Below are positions 47,876 through 57,619 of a DNA stretch of 64,000 bases, piece by piece. The notes beneath the pieces were generated by a model. The model made no database searches. It was not told the DNA's origin and saw only the letters and a program-made list of their open reading frames with translations. Position 1 is the stretch's first letter. Every line of letters begins with the position of its first letter. The stretch comes from a virus. Location of the stretch: IMG/VR virus record IMGVR_UViG_3300026484_000110. One strand, written 5' to 3'. The position numbers and the translations under genes are program-made.

Positions 47876-48742
47876 ATGGCTTTACCATGGGAAATAATAT
47901 CTGAAAATGTATTAAACATATCCAAAGTATTAAACGATTTAATGGATACCGTAGATGAGAAAGATGTAGAGTGGGTTCAAAAGGATGAAAACGGAAATAT
48001 TAGTACAGTAAATATACCCAATTTAAGCAAAATAGCTAAATTATTAGGTAGAAAATATATAGGCGCTGATGACAACGAACCTACTAGTAAAATAGATGGT
48101 AGTGAATTAGAACCAGGTGATTTGTATTTTGATACTAATAAAAACCAAATGATGGTATATAACGGTAGTGAGTGGAAGTCTGTAGCATTTGCTTCTACCT
48201 TACTTAAAGCAGAATTTACAGGAGACGGCGCTACTACTGAATTTACAGTAAACGGTGGATACAATCCTAATATGGGTATGGTATTTTTAAATGGTGTAAA
48301 CGTGAATAATGTTGTGGATATCAGTAGCGGTAGCGTAATTAAATTTAAAGAACCACCTGCAGAAGGTGATATTATAGAAGCATACTTTTATAATAGTTTC
48401 AAAGTAGCTGATACATATACTAAAATAGAAATGAATAATATTTTAAAAAAATATAAAAAAGAAATATTAGTTTCCACAGACATGGAAGATAATTTTGAAG
48501 CAGAAGCATATAATAAATATTATGTAAATACTAGTGAAAAGGAAATAACTGTTACATTACCAAGTAATCCTTTAAGAGGTGAAGAAATTATGATATTTGA
48601 CCCATATGGTAATTTTGAAACTAATAATTGTATAATTGATGGCAATGGAAATAACATAATGGGAGAGTCTATGTTTTATTTAAACATGAATAACAAACTT
48701 TATACAATAGAATTTAATGGTATAGAGTGGAGAGTTAGATAA
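47876..48742 (+). CDS. Tail fibre proximal/adaptor protein
   Basis: PGDLYFDT..NQMMVYNG..W, FTGDG.TT.F and C-terminal YYVNT...ITVTLPSNP.RG.EI...D..GNF..NN module. Confidence 0.7.
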   Translation: MALPWEIISENVLNISKVLNDLMDTVDEKDVEWVQKDENGNISTVNIPNLSKIAKLLGRKYIGADDNEPTSKIDGSELEPGDLYFDTNKNQMMVYNGSEWKSVAFASTLLKAEFTGDGATTEFTVNGGYNPNMGMVFLNGVNVNNVVDISSGSVIKFKEPPAEGDIIEAYFYNSFKVADTYTKIEMNNILKKYKKEILVSTDMEDNFEAEAYNKYYVNTSEKEITVTLPSNPLRGEEIMIFDPYGNFETNNCIIDGNGNNIMGESMFYLNMNNKLYTIEFNGIEWRVR

Positions 48743-48760
48743 AAACAATAAGGAGTGAGA

Positions 48761-49567
48761 ATGAATAATTTTAAAGACATGTATATAAAACAAATGTTAA
48801 CTAATAATAGTTTAAATATTCCAGTGTACACAGATGATCCTATTAGTATGGAAAATATTAAAATAAATACTTCAGTACCTAGTATATATGTAGATAATGA
48901 AAACGGCGACGATAATAATGATGGATTCACGCCCGACACAGCAGTACGTACATACGAAATGGGATTATGGAGAGCTTCCGTTTTTAATACATCTGCTTTA
49001 TATTTAAAATACGGTCAAGTTTATGATTTCAATAATCTGTTTCCTAATGGACAACATCATATTTTTATTTCCAATAAACATGTATATATAAATGCGTACG
49101 GTGATAATAGTTTAGATAAACCTATTATTAATTATTACAGACATATTTATACGTCCGATTCTCATAAGTATTACACTGTTACCAATAGCATATATACGTA
49201 TAATACCAGTATAACATATGAAAATATTAATTTTTATTTACAACCGAGAGACGATACTAATATTTCTAATTCATCAGGTGTATTTGTGATTAAACCAATG
49301 AATTCACTTATAATGTTTCAATTCTGCGAAATAAAATCTCCGGATAGTTGGTTAACTATAGTTAGTCCTAGAGACCATGGTTTCGGATCAGCCATAATAG
49401 ACAGGTCTACTATTGATGGTGATGTAGCAGTTATTGATGTGAATATGTCTACAGGTAGTTTAGCGAATTACCTTAGTACATTAAAAAATGGTGCAAAGTG
49501 GGCTATAAATTATTTAAAAGATAGCAATGGGGTACCTAGAAGCTTAGTATCTAACGTTATGCTATAA
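48761..49567 (+). CDS. Receptor-binding/tail fibre tip protein (beta-helix-like)
   Basis: IYVDNENGDDNNDG motif typical of the start of beta-helix domains. Confidence 0.55.
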   Translation: MNNFKDMYIKQMLTNNSLNIPVYTDDPISMENIKINTSVPSIYVDNENGDDNNDGFTPDTAVRTYEMGLWRASVFNTSALYLKYGQVYDFNNLFPNGQHHIFISNKHVYINAYGDNSLDKPIINYYRHIYTSDSHKYYTVTNSIYTYNTSITYENINFYLQPRDDTNISNSSGVFVIKPMNSLIMFQFCEIKSPDSWLTIVSPRDHGFGSAIIDRSTIDGDVAVIDVNMSTGSLANYLSTLKNGAKWAINYLKDSNGVPRSLVSNVML

Positions 49568-49582
49568 AAATAAGGAGAAAAT

Positions 49583-50041
49583 ATGATTATTAAATATTTA
49601 AAAGTAGATAGTGATATTCTAGTAAACACCCAGATAAAAACAACAAACAATCCTGAATTACCGGGGATATATATCACTGACGATTTGGATACGTTTAAAC
49701 AATATGCCGTTGATACTATAAACTGGGTTATAGGACAAGAAGTATTAAACGCATTAAATAAAGAATTTACGAAACTTTCTACGGCTAATAGTAAAGCAAT
49801 TGCGTTATTGGCTAAACTAATAAATACATTAAACCCTGATACTACAGTATTATCAGAAACAGAAAAAGACATATTTGATCAGTTGTTAAGACTAGCAGAC
49901 AACGGGTATTCAGATAGCAGATTATTAAAGAATACGTTAGAGATAGTATCTAAAAATATTGCTAAATACATACCATTAATTGCTGAAGTTAATAAGGCAA
50001 GTACTATTAATGACGTTATAGTAGTATTAGCTAAAATATGA
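49583..50041 (+). CDS. Probable tail fibre assembly chaperone
   Basis: Helical 152 aa protein directly after RBP, ends AEVNKASTINDV. Confidence 0.45.
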   Translation: MIIKYLKVDSDILVNTQIKTTNNPELPGIYITDDLDTFKQYAVDTINWVIGQEVLNALNKEFTKLSTANSKAIALLAKLINTLNPDTTVLSETEKDIFDQLLRLADNGYSDSRLLKNTLEIVSKNIAKYIPLIAEVNKASTINDVIVVLAKI

Positions 50042-50053
50042 TAAGGAGTAGTC

Positions 50054-51055
50054 ATGAGTAAAGCATTTCAAAATTCACAGATGCCTAATATAATCCAGTC
50101 TTTTACTGGATTTAAGAATAGAGTTATAAATGGAGACTTTAGTGTATGGCAAAGAGGTACTACTGGTAGTAATACCACAAACGGTAGATATACAGCTGAT
50201 AGGTTTGCAGTGTATAGTGATGCAACAGATATTACATTTGATTGGAGTAGAGTTACAGGAGATACGGAGATATTAGACGCAGGGTTCGTTAACGGGTTAA
50301 AAGTAAAACAAACAGGGGGTACTGGAATTTTAAGTTTAGAACAATTTATAGAAAATATTACACAATTTAAAGTAGGAGAACCTATAACTATAAGCTTCTG
50401 GGCTAAAACAGATGATACCCCTTATACTGCATATATTGCTATACAAGGTAGAAAGGGCGGGTATGAAGATGATATGACAGAAGAAATTACAGGTAGTGTA
50501 AATATTACAAACAATTTGCAAAGATTTAGTACGACTTTAAATGTGCCCGATTGGAAAACATTAGGGATAGATTATAATAATTTAGAAAATACAAATTTAG
50601 CAATAAAAATAGAAATACCTAATATGGCTGGTAATTTAATTGTTACCGGAGTGCAAGTAGAAAAAGGTAGTAAAGTTACTGAATTTGAACATATACCTTT
50701 TGATATTCAACTATATAGATGTAGAAGGTACTTTTTTAACACCATGTATCCGCATTTTCGATATGACTGGTTAGATGGCGCGATGACCACGAATGCTATA
50801 ACTACGGTAGACTTTACAGAAAGAAATTACTATCTAAAAAACAAGATGCGTTCTGCGCCATCAATAACAGTATATGCATTTGAAACAGGAACAATAGGAA
50901 AATATAGAGATAGAACTGATGGTACTGATGCAGGTAACCCAGCAATAGGACCAGAATCTCACACTGGTGAAAAAATATATTTTTACGATGATAAAGGCGG
51001 ATTAATAAACGAACATCTGTATAGTTGGCATTTCACAGCAGACGCAGAACTATAA
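50054..51055 (+). CDS. Tail fibre/receptor-binding protein with carbohydrate-binding-like domain
   Basis: FKNRVINGDFSVWQRGT...YTADRF...GVQVEKGSKVTEFEH.P...QL.RCRRYF signature. Confidence 0.75.
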   Translation: MSKAFQNSQMPNIIQSFTGFKNRVINGDFSVWQRGTTGSNTTNGRYTADRFAVYSDATDITFDWSRVTGDTEILDAGFVNGLKVKQTGGTGILSLEQFIENITQFKVGEPITISFWAKTDDTPYTAYIAIQGRKGGYEDDMTEEITGSVNITNNLQRFSTTLNVPDWKTLGIDYNNLENTNLAIKIEIPNMAGNLIVTGVQVEKGSKVTEFEHIPFDIQLYRCRRYFFNTMYPHFRYDWLDGAMTTNAITTVDFTERNYYLKNKMRSAPSITVYAFETGTIGKYRDRTDGTDAGNPAIGPESHTGEKIYFYDDKGGLINEHLYSWHFTADAEL

Positions 51056-51065
51056 GGAGTGAGAA

Positions 51066-51623
51066 ATGAAAATTAAAGAATTGAGAAATATGGAGACAGA
51101 TGAATTAACAGGATATAGTGTTGGTGGTCTGTTTGTTCCTTTGGATCCGAATAATAGACATTACCAGGAAGTACAAAAATGGATAGCTGAAGGGAATCAA
51201 CCAGAACCAGCATACATTGCTGAAGAAAGATTAAATTATATTAAGAACAAACTTTACAAAAATCTAAAGAAAAATACAATATCTAAATTAGAAATACTAG
51301 TCATGCATTCAGTAACGATAGATAAAAAAATTAACGCAAATAATAACGCGTTAATAGATATATATGGTTTATTAGAGATTTTAGAAAACGATACCGATAC
51401 CATAGATTTTAGATTAGCTGATAATACTTTCATAACTGTAACAAAAGCAGACCTAATAAATATCAAAAAGGAAATCGTAGAAGCAAGACAAAAGATACGC
51501 CAAAACAAATGGAAAATCGAAAAAGAGATCAACAACTTAAAAGATCCGGATGTAGTAAGAAAAGTAAAAATAGATCTTACCAATGGTGAACTGTATATAC
51601 CAGAAGAATCAGATGACGCGTAA
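51066..51623 (+). CDS. Tail fibre assembly chaperone (DUF4376-like)
   Basis: VPLDPNNRHYQEV..W...GN.PEPA start and IDFRLADN.F..VT.ADL motif. Confidence 0.65.
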   Translation: MKIKELRNMETDELTGYSVGGLFVPLDPNNRHYQEVQKWIAEGNQPEPAYIAEERLNYIKNKLYKNLKKNTISKLEILVMHSVTIDKKINANNNALIDIYGLLEILENDTDTIDFRLADNTFITVTKADLINIKKEIVEARQKIRQNKWKIEKEINNLKDPDVVRKVKIDLTNGELYIPEESDDA

Positions 51624-51631
51624 TTATGATT

Positions 51632-51668
51632 ATGAGTGACCACGAATATTTTATTCGTGGTCACTCAT
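51632..51668 (+). terminator. Terminator after second RBP-chaperone pair
   Basis: 17-bp stem ATGAGTGACCACGAATA / TATTCGTGGTCACTCAT. Confidence 0.75.
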
Positions 51669-51712
51669 TTCTTATTCTTTGATTACACGACTATTCGTTT
51701 AAGGAGATAAGA

Positions 51713-52357
51713 ATGAAACATTTAAAAAATATACTCAGGATACTAGGAGTATTTATTATCCAGGTATTTTTTATAATCATTGGACCTATCGTGGTAGGTT
51801 TAGCATTACTATTCAATCGTATTGAACCTTTTGATCCTATCAGTAAGGCATCTAGACCTAACCATAGATTCAAAGATAAATGGATAAATGCTATTTGGGG
51901 CAATGACGATGATGGAATAGACGGCGACATATATTACCTTCTAGTGCATGTCAATGGTAAACGTAATTTTTGGACTAGATTCAATTGGACAGTTTTAAGA
52001 AATCCTGTTCATAATCTAGGTCTTAAACTAGGATTCAATGGTATAGCTGTAAGACATATAGGATTCAGAAAAGGATTTAAAAAATCTGAATGCGTTACTA
52101 AAATATATAATAATGATTATAATAATTGTTTGGATTCCAAACCAAATAGAACAGGTTTCGAGTATACTGAAGTCTATAAAAAGAATGGAAAGATGTACCC
52201 TATGTATCGTTTAAGATGGAAATATCCATTTATTAAATATGGAATAAAATGTAATATAGGATGGAAGAACTTTAACGTAAGTGAATTACCTAAACATTAC
52301 AAATATACATTTACTATATTAGTGAATCCATTTAAGACTTTTAAATCAGAAAACTAA
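51713..52357 (+). CDS. Conserved phage membrane-anchored protein
   Basis: N-terminal TM; WGNDDDGIDGD...W..LRNPVHNL...IGWK motif. Confidence 0.55.
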   Translation: MKHLKNILRILGVFIIQVFFIIIGPIVVGLALLFNRIEPFDPISKASRPNHRFKDKWINAIWGNDDDGIDGDIYYLLVHVNGKRNFWTRFNWTVLRNPVHNLGLKLGFNGIAVRHIGFRKGFKKSECVTKIYNNDYNNCLDSKPNRTGFEYTEVYKKNGKMYPMYRLRWKYPFIKYGIKCNIGWKNFNVSELPKHYKYTFTILVNPFKTFKSEN

Positions 52358-52529
52358 AACATATAAACTAAGTTTTATATATCCATATAATCCATAATAA
52401 ACAAAAAATATAGTTATTGAAAAATCAGAAGAAGATAAAACATTTTTTTATAAATTAGTAGGCACATAATTAACCATTTACTATATTTTTCTCATCTTTT
52501 TTTGAATAACTTACTGACGGGAGTACGAA

Positions 52530-53018
52530 ATGCTAAAGAGTGTAATATATAAAATTCCTAACATTACATTAAATACTACAGATAGCGATATTATAAATGG
52601 TAATTTTAAAGTAAAAATAATAGGACTAGAGTATAATACTGTAAATTGGAACTTATCATCTACTGATTGGACAATTGTGAATGCTGAAGATGAGATAGTT
52701 TTTCAATCATTAAGCGATACTACTAATAAAACAGAAATTCAAATAGATAAAACTTTGTTTACAACTACTATGGAATATACTGTATTAGTAAAATTACATT
52801 TTACTAATAAAAACGATAACACAACTTATGATTTTATATTAAACCAGTATCCCTATGTAGCTGATGAAACAGTAGCTAAGAAATTCGATATAGGGTTAAA
52901 AAATAATTATGTCAAAGATTTAATAAACAAGAATAAAAGTCTTGAACTTGCCGCGTCAAAAATCCTAGAGCAACATGTAGCTGCAATATTGTATTTCAAT
53001 GCTAAAGAATATGATTAA
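52530..53018 (+). CDS. Single Ig-like-repeat virion protein
   Basis: STDWTI...IVFQSLSDTTNKTEI, paralogous to 26362/47057. Confidence 0.5.
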   Translation: MLKSVIYKIPNITLNTTDSDIINGNFKVKIIGLEYNTVNWNLSSTDWTIVNAEDEIVFQSLSDTTNKTEIQIDKTLFTTTMEYTVLVKLHFTNKNDNTTYDFILNQYPYVADETVAKKFDIGLKNNYVKDLINKNKSLELAASKILEQHVAAILYFNAKEYD

Positions 53019-53040
53019 TAACTTAAAATCTATGTATAGT

Positions 53041-53071
53041 AAAAACAGTATGGATTTTCCATACTGTTTTT
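53041..53071 (+). terminator. Intrinsic terminator
   Basis: AAAAACAGTATGG / CCATACTGTTTTT plus T run. Confidence 0.78.
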
Positions 53072-53116
53072 TTTTCTTGTAATTGTGTGATTATTTTATA
53101 TATTAAGGAGCGATAG

Positions 53117-53641
53117 ATGCAAAAAAAAGAAATAAAGATAGCATTTTACAAATCAAACGGTCCGCGTTCAACATGGATTGATAGACTAATAGCATGGTGG
53201 ACCAGAGGACCTTATAGTCATGTAGAATTAATAATAGAAAAAGACGGAGAAATATTGCAATGTAGTTCATCTCCTAGAGATGGTAAAGTAAGATGTAAAA
53301 AACACATACTGGATACTAATGTATGGGACTACGTTTTGTTAGAGGTAACATCTGAACAGTACGATAGAATTATAAAATTTTATAATTCTATTAATGGTAA
53401 TAAATATGATTGGATGGGTATATTAGGATTTATATTACCTATACAAGATAGAACTAATAATTGGTTTTGTTCAGAAACTGTAGCTAACGCTCTTAAAATA
53501 AATGGTTTTAAAGAATTATGGAAATATGATCCTAGTAGAATATCACCTAACTATCTAGCATATCTATTTGGCTTACTACCTAATTTGGATAAACGTAGTA
53601 AATTTATTACATTCTTTACTAAATTTTTAAAGGAGCTATAA
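53117..53641 (+). CDS. Permuted papain-like (NlpC/P60-type) amidase/peptidase
   Basis: YSHVEL (His) precedes YD..G and WFCSE (Cys), the circularly permuted order. Confidence 0.65.
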   Translation: MQKKEIKIAFYKSNGPRSTWIDRLIAWWTRGPYSHVELIIEKDGEILQCSSSPRDGKVRCKKHILDTNVWDYVLLEVTSEQYDRIIKFYNSINGNKYDWMGILGFILPIQDRTNNWFCSETVANALKINGFKELWKYDPSRISPNYLAYLFGLLPNLDKRSKFITFFTKFLKEL

Positions 53642-53937
53642 TGAATTATAATCCAGAAAACTATGAACCTAAATGGTTATTATTATGGAAGAGTATGATT
53701 AGACCAATGATTACTACCGTTACTTTAGGTTTAATTGTATATATTGTAATAACTAAGTTTAAACTAGATCCAATAGATAAAGAAAATCTTTGGTTTGTTA
53801 TAAAAGTAATAGTCATTTATTGGTTTACAGAACGTATGATAAAGACTACTGGTGCAGCTGATTTAATAGCTAATTTAGGTTTATTATTAAAGAATAAGGG
53901 AAAGAATAATGGAAATACTACTGAAGAAACTCAATAA
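53641..53937 (+). CDS. Holin-like small membrane protein
   Basis: 98 aa, two hydrophobic helices, IRPMIT and YWFTER motifs. Confidence 0.45.
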   Translation: MNYNPENYEPKWLLLWKSMIRPMITTVTLGLIVYIVITKFKLDPIDKENLWFVIKVIVIYWFTERMIKTTGAADLIANLGLLLKNKGKNNGNTTEETQ

Positions 53938-54190
53938 CCTATTACCTAAAGATAAGTTATTACATTTTTTCTATGGTAGCATTATTTATATAATCTTATT
54001 AATCGGATGTAGTTTTCAAGTAGGTATTAAGCTAGGGAGTTTATATAGTTTACTAGGAATTTCGGTGATAGCTGGTTTAAAAGAGACTTATGACTATTTT
54101 AATAAAAATAAACACATTGCAGACATTAAAGACTTTTTATTTACAGTGTCTGCAGGAATAGTCTTTACAGCTATACTACAGTTAGCATAA
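53909..54190 (+). CDS. Small multi-TM protein (DK.LHF...KE.YD family)
   Basis: DKLLHFFYG...AGLKETYD...D.KD motif. Confidence 0.5.
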   Translation: MEILLKKLNNLLPKDKLLHFFYGSIIYIILLIGCSFQVGIKLGSLYSLLGISVIAGLKETYDYFNKNKHIADIKDFLFTVSAGIVFTAILQLA

Positions 54191-54200
54191 GGAGTTATTT

Positions 54201-54632
54201 ATGGGTAGTAAAGAAATATGGTATAAAAAATCAGAACAATTAGCAGGTTACAAATTAGAACTTGAAATGGATAAAACAGGCAAATTTATTTTAAACAAAA
54301 TACTAGCACCTGTACCAATTACTGGTAAAAAAGCTGAAAAGGTCTACAAAAAATTATCAGCTATTATTGAAGTAGATGGTTATAAATTTCAAGCAGACGA
54401 AGGTAGTATAAATTACATGAGTAGCGTAGTAGCATTAGCTAACTTTAAATACAATCAGGCTATAGCCAACGGTATGAGTCCTCCTAAAGCATATAAAGCG
54501 ATCTACAAACAAACCATTATTTGGAAAGACGTAGATAATGAATTCAGAAATATTTCTGTAGAAGCTATAGGTAACGCATTAGAAGCAGCTATGAAAAAGG
54601 TAAAAGAAATTATTAGTGAAGAATCACATTAG
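54201..54632 (+). CDS. DUF4376-like tail fibre chaperone
   Basis: IIEVDGYKFQADE.SINYM...IIWKD.DN motif. Confidence 0.55.
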   Translation: MGSKEIWYKKSEQLAGYKLELEMDKTGKFILNKILAPVPITGKKAEKVYKKLSAIIEVDGYKFQADEGSINYMSSVVALANFKYNQAIANGMSPPKAYKAIYKQTIIWKDVDNEFRNISVEAIGNALEAAMKKVKEIISEESH

Positions 54633-54657
54633 TATAGGGTAAATACCCTATACTAAT
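54628..54657 (+). terminator. Intrinsic terminator
   Basis: ATTAGTATAGGGT / ACCCTATACTAAT plus T run. Confidence 0.78.
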
Positions 54658-54691
54658 TTTTTGTATGTCTTAATTTCTATGCAATTCTGTC

Positions 54692-54704
54692 TATATATTA
54701 TTAA
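54692..54704 (+). promoter_or_regulatory. Putative early promoter (pepA operon)
   Basis: TATATATTATTAA, 46 nt before ATG. Confidence 0.68.
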
Positions 54705-54737
54705 GTAGAGAAAAAACCAAATTAAAAGGAGTCCAAA

Positions 54738-56213
54738 ATGAGATTAATTCCAGTTAACGAAAATACCAAAGATGCGTATAATTACATAGTAGACGTTTTG
54801 CAACTTACCAAAAGTGATCCTATTTGGATAAATCCAATAGAAAACGAGATGTATGTATTAATACATACGACACTATCCAGTTTGGAGATTAGAGAATTAG
54901 GTAGAAGAATAGGTAATATCTGTAGAGATAAGAAAATAGATATATTAGAAGTGGATGCTGGTGATGTAATAAAGGTTCTAAATTACAATCCATTAACTAA
55001 TATAGATAGTCTAATCGATTATATTGGTTTTATGGTAGGATTAAGATTAGGTTTAGTAAAGGCTAAAGATTATGAAGAATTTTGGTTAGATGATTGTGAA
55101 ATAAAGAGAACAGAATTAAAAATAAATTATGAATTAAGAACACAATATTTAAAAGGTTTAGAAGATTATATAATAGTGTTATCCGATAGCATTAAGACCT
55201 TAAAACATTTAGTTAATGTACCGTATAATAAAGTAGATCTAGACGACTATGTCCATGAACTAGTGTCTATGTTCGTTAATAAAAATAGAACACAATTGGA
55301 TAACATTGTAATTAAAAAACTAGATAGAACTGACCTATTGAACAAAGGCTATAATTTAATTACTACTGTTAACAAAGGTAGCAAACATTCACCTACAATA
55401 TTACATTATACTTATAGACCTAGTAATACTAACGAAAGTGATAGACTACCTAAAATTGTGATAGTAGGAAAAGGTGTGCACTTCGATACAGGCGGTACTA
55501 GTCTTAAACCATCAGACAGTATGATAACTATGAAATACGATAAGGCAGGAGCTATTACCGCCTTAATGATACTAAACATGGTCAGTAAGTTAAATCTCAA
55601 CATAGAATTACATGTTGTTGTTGGTTTTGCAGAAAATCTAATAAGTGCTGACTCTTATAAACCCGGTGATGTTTTAACTGCTAAAAATGGCAAAACAATT
55701 GAAATAATAAACACCGATGCAGAGGGTAGATTAGTATTAGCAGATTGTTTACAATATGTAGATGAAGAAATAAAAGATTACCAAATGGTCTTTACTATTG
55801 CTACATTAACTGGAGCTGCTAGAAGAGCACTAGGGGAATGGACAGCTGCTATTCATGGTAGTGATGATTTTTTTATAAATAAGTTTATAAAAACAGCAGA
55901 AACAGTAGGTGAAGAATTTAGTTATATGAAAACACATGAAAAATTAAAAGATACTCTAAAAAGTAAAATAGCAGATATCAGAAATGTAGCCAGTACAGAT
56001 CTAGCAGGCAGTATTACAGCGTATCTCTTTCTAAAAGAATTTATTAATAATCCCAATAGGTTAGTTCACATTGATATAGCAGGACCAGGATGGACAGAAA
56101 AAGGTTTTGGTTATGCCGAGTACGGAGCTACAGGATTTGGAATAGAAACATTTTACCAATATTTAACGACATTACATACAATGTACATGGAAGGAGGTGA
56201 AGATGGCGAATAA
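54738..56213 (+). CDS. pepA: Leucyl aminopeptidase (peptidase M17)
   Basis: GKGVHFDTGG.SLKP, MKYDKAG, NTDAEGRLVLAD, ATLTGA, HIDIAG: all metal and catalytic residues present. Confidence 0.92.
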   Translation: MRLIPVNENTKDAYNYIVDVLQLTKSDPIWINPIENEMYVLIHTTLSSLEIRELGRRIGNICRDKKIDILEVDAGDVIKVLNYNPLTNIDSLIDYIGFMVGLRLGLVKAKDYEEFWLDDCEIKRTELKINYELRTQYLKGLEDYIIVLSDSIKTLKHLVNVPYNKVDLDDYVHELVSMFVNKNRTQLDNIVIKKLDRTDLLNKGYNLITTVNKGSKHSPTILHYTYRPSNTNESDRLPKIVIVGKGVHFDTGGTSLKPSDSMITMKYDKAGAITALMILNMVSKLNLNIELHVVVGFAENLISADSYKPGDVLTAKNGKTIEIINTDAEGRLVLADCLQYVDEEIKDYQMVFTIATLTGAARRALGEWTAAIHGSDDFFINKFIKTAETVGEEFSYMKTHEKLKDTLKSKIADIRNVASTDLAGSITAYLFLKEFINNPNRLVHIDIAGPGWTEKGFGYAEYGATGFGIETFYQYLTTLHTMYMEGGEDGE

Positions 56214-56466
56214 ATATAAATCTAAAAATGGATATTACAAATATTATAACAAAGAAGGTAAATGGTGTAGGATCAAAATTACTGATCCTACTATTTCTGG
56301 CAATGTTATTTTCAAGATGAGATATCCGTATGAAAACTATTTACTACCTAACTATTATTCTCCTAATAGAAAATTCAAAAGTGCATTTGATATAATTACA
56401 CATATTTGTAAGAATTTAGAAACAGATGGTCTGGTAGTAAAAGTCTTACCAACAATTAAAAAATAA
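56197..56466 (+). CDS. Hypothetical protein
   Basis: SD AAGGAGG; 89 aa. Confidence 0.55.
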   Translation: MKMANKYKSKNGYYKYYNKEGKWCRIKITDPTISGNVIFKMRYPYENYLLPNYYSPNRKFKSAFDIITHICKNLETDGLVVKVLPTIKK

Positions 56467-56495
56467 AAAAAAATATTAATTAAAAAGGAGTTAAA

Positions 56496-57617
56496 ATGGA
56501 TATAATGCAAGAACTATGGTACACAAGAGGTTATGTAAAGACTATTGAAGATAAAATAGGTTGTAAATATTCGGAAATTAATACAAATATGGAAAACAGA
56601 ATAAACACCGTTACATCAATAGCAGCAATTACGAGAGGTAAAAACAAATCGAAAAATCCTAAAAAAAGAATTCAAGGTCTTTTAAAAGAAGCAGCCGCAA
56701 ACATTTGTTTTTATCGTTTAGAAGAGTTAGATAATCAAAAAGAAGTAAAAGAAGATTTTCTCGCAGCTGGTAGACCGTTGGAATATTGTCCTGTGGTGGT
56801 AAAAAGAATAATAGCAAAAGATAAAGTTTTTATAAAAGATATTGAAACTGGTACTAATCTAGCTATTATGGGATATAGAACCTATGAAAACAAATTATCA
56901 AAATTTGGATTTATACAAGAAATAGATGGTGAAGAATTATTATTTACCAATGCTAGAGCGTTAGTAAATATAGGTATACCATTTGACTTAATACCATTTA
57001 ATACGAATGAAGAATTGATGAAACATTATTTTATAGTAGAGGTGAAGGCGCCATATTTTGTCTTTGCACAAATGAGAACGCATGGCTTGTTATCACAAGT
57101 AGCTGTTTCTGAAAGAGTACTAAAAGAAGACGAAGCATGGTTGCCTAATGATTTTATATATAGATTTTTGAATTATATAAATAAATTTAATCCTGATGAT
57201 TTGGGTCAAAAATTAAAACAAAATAGATTGTTATCTAGACTTTATAATTTATTCACTAAGGCAAAAGAATTAGATCAAATGCTGCCTATTAACGATAAGG
57301 AAAACATTGAAAATCTAATTATCAGAAATTTCAAAAGTTTACCAAATATATTAGCAAATGAATTTACTATAGACGAAGTACAAGAATTATTAAAAGAATT
57401 AAATTATCATCAGGAAATAGTAAATAGATGGTATAACCATATGAAATTTAAAACATGGATTATTGGTGGATGGTTAAACAATCCGTATCAATGGGGACAT
57501 TTCCTATTAGAGAGAGGAGCTTATGATTTCCATGGAGCTAAAACACAACAACAGACTAGAGAGGTAGCTGAGGCTATAAGGGAAATCATAAATCTCTATA
57601 TTGCAATAAGGGGTTAA
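56496..57617 (+). CDS. thyX: Divergent flavin-dependent thymidylate synthase
   Basis: APYFVFAQMRTHGLLSQVAVSERV aligns to RHRx7SxR; C-terminal HFLLER...TQQQTREVAEAI. Confidence 0.65.
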   Translation: MDIMQELWYTRGYVKTIEDKIGCKYSEINTNMENRINTVTSIAAITRGKNKSKNPKKRIQGLLKEAAANICFYRLEELDNQKEVKEDFLAAGRPLEYCPVVVKRIIAKDKVFIKDIETGTNLAIMGYRTYENKLSKFGFIQEIDGEELLFTNARALVNIGIPFDLIPFNTNEELMKHYFIVEVKAPYFVFAQMRTHGLLSQVAVSERVLKEDEAWLPNDFIYRFLNYINKFNPDDLGQKLKQNRLLSRLYNLFTKAKELDQMLPINDKENIENLIIRNFKSLPNILANEFTIDEVQELLKELNYHQEIVNRWYNHMKFKTWIIGGWLNNPYQWGHFLLERGAYDFHGAKTQQQTREVAEAIREIINLYIAIRG

Positions 57618-57619
57618 AA

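Noticed and set aside
52358-52529. 172-nt gap possibly holding an ncRNA or ORF
   Set aside because: Only a start-less about 22-codon fragment and AT tracts; no stable structure evident.
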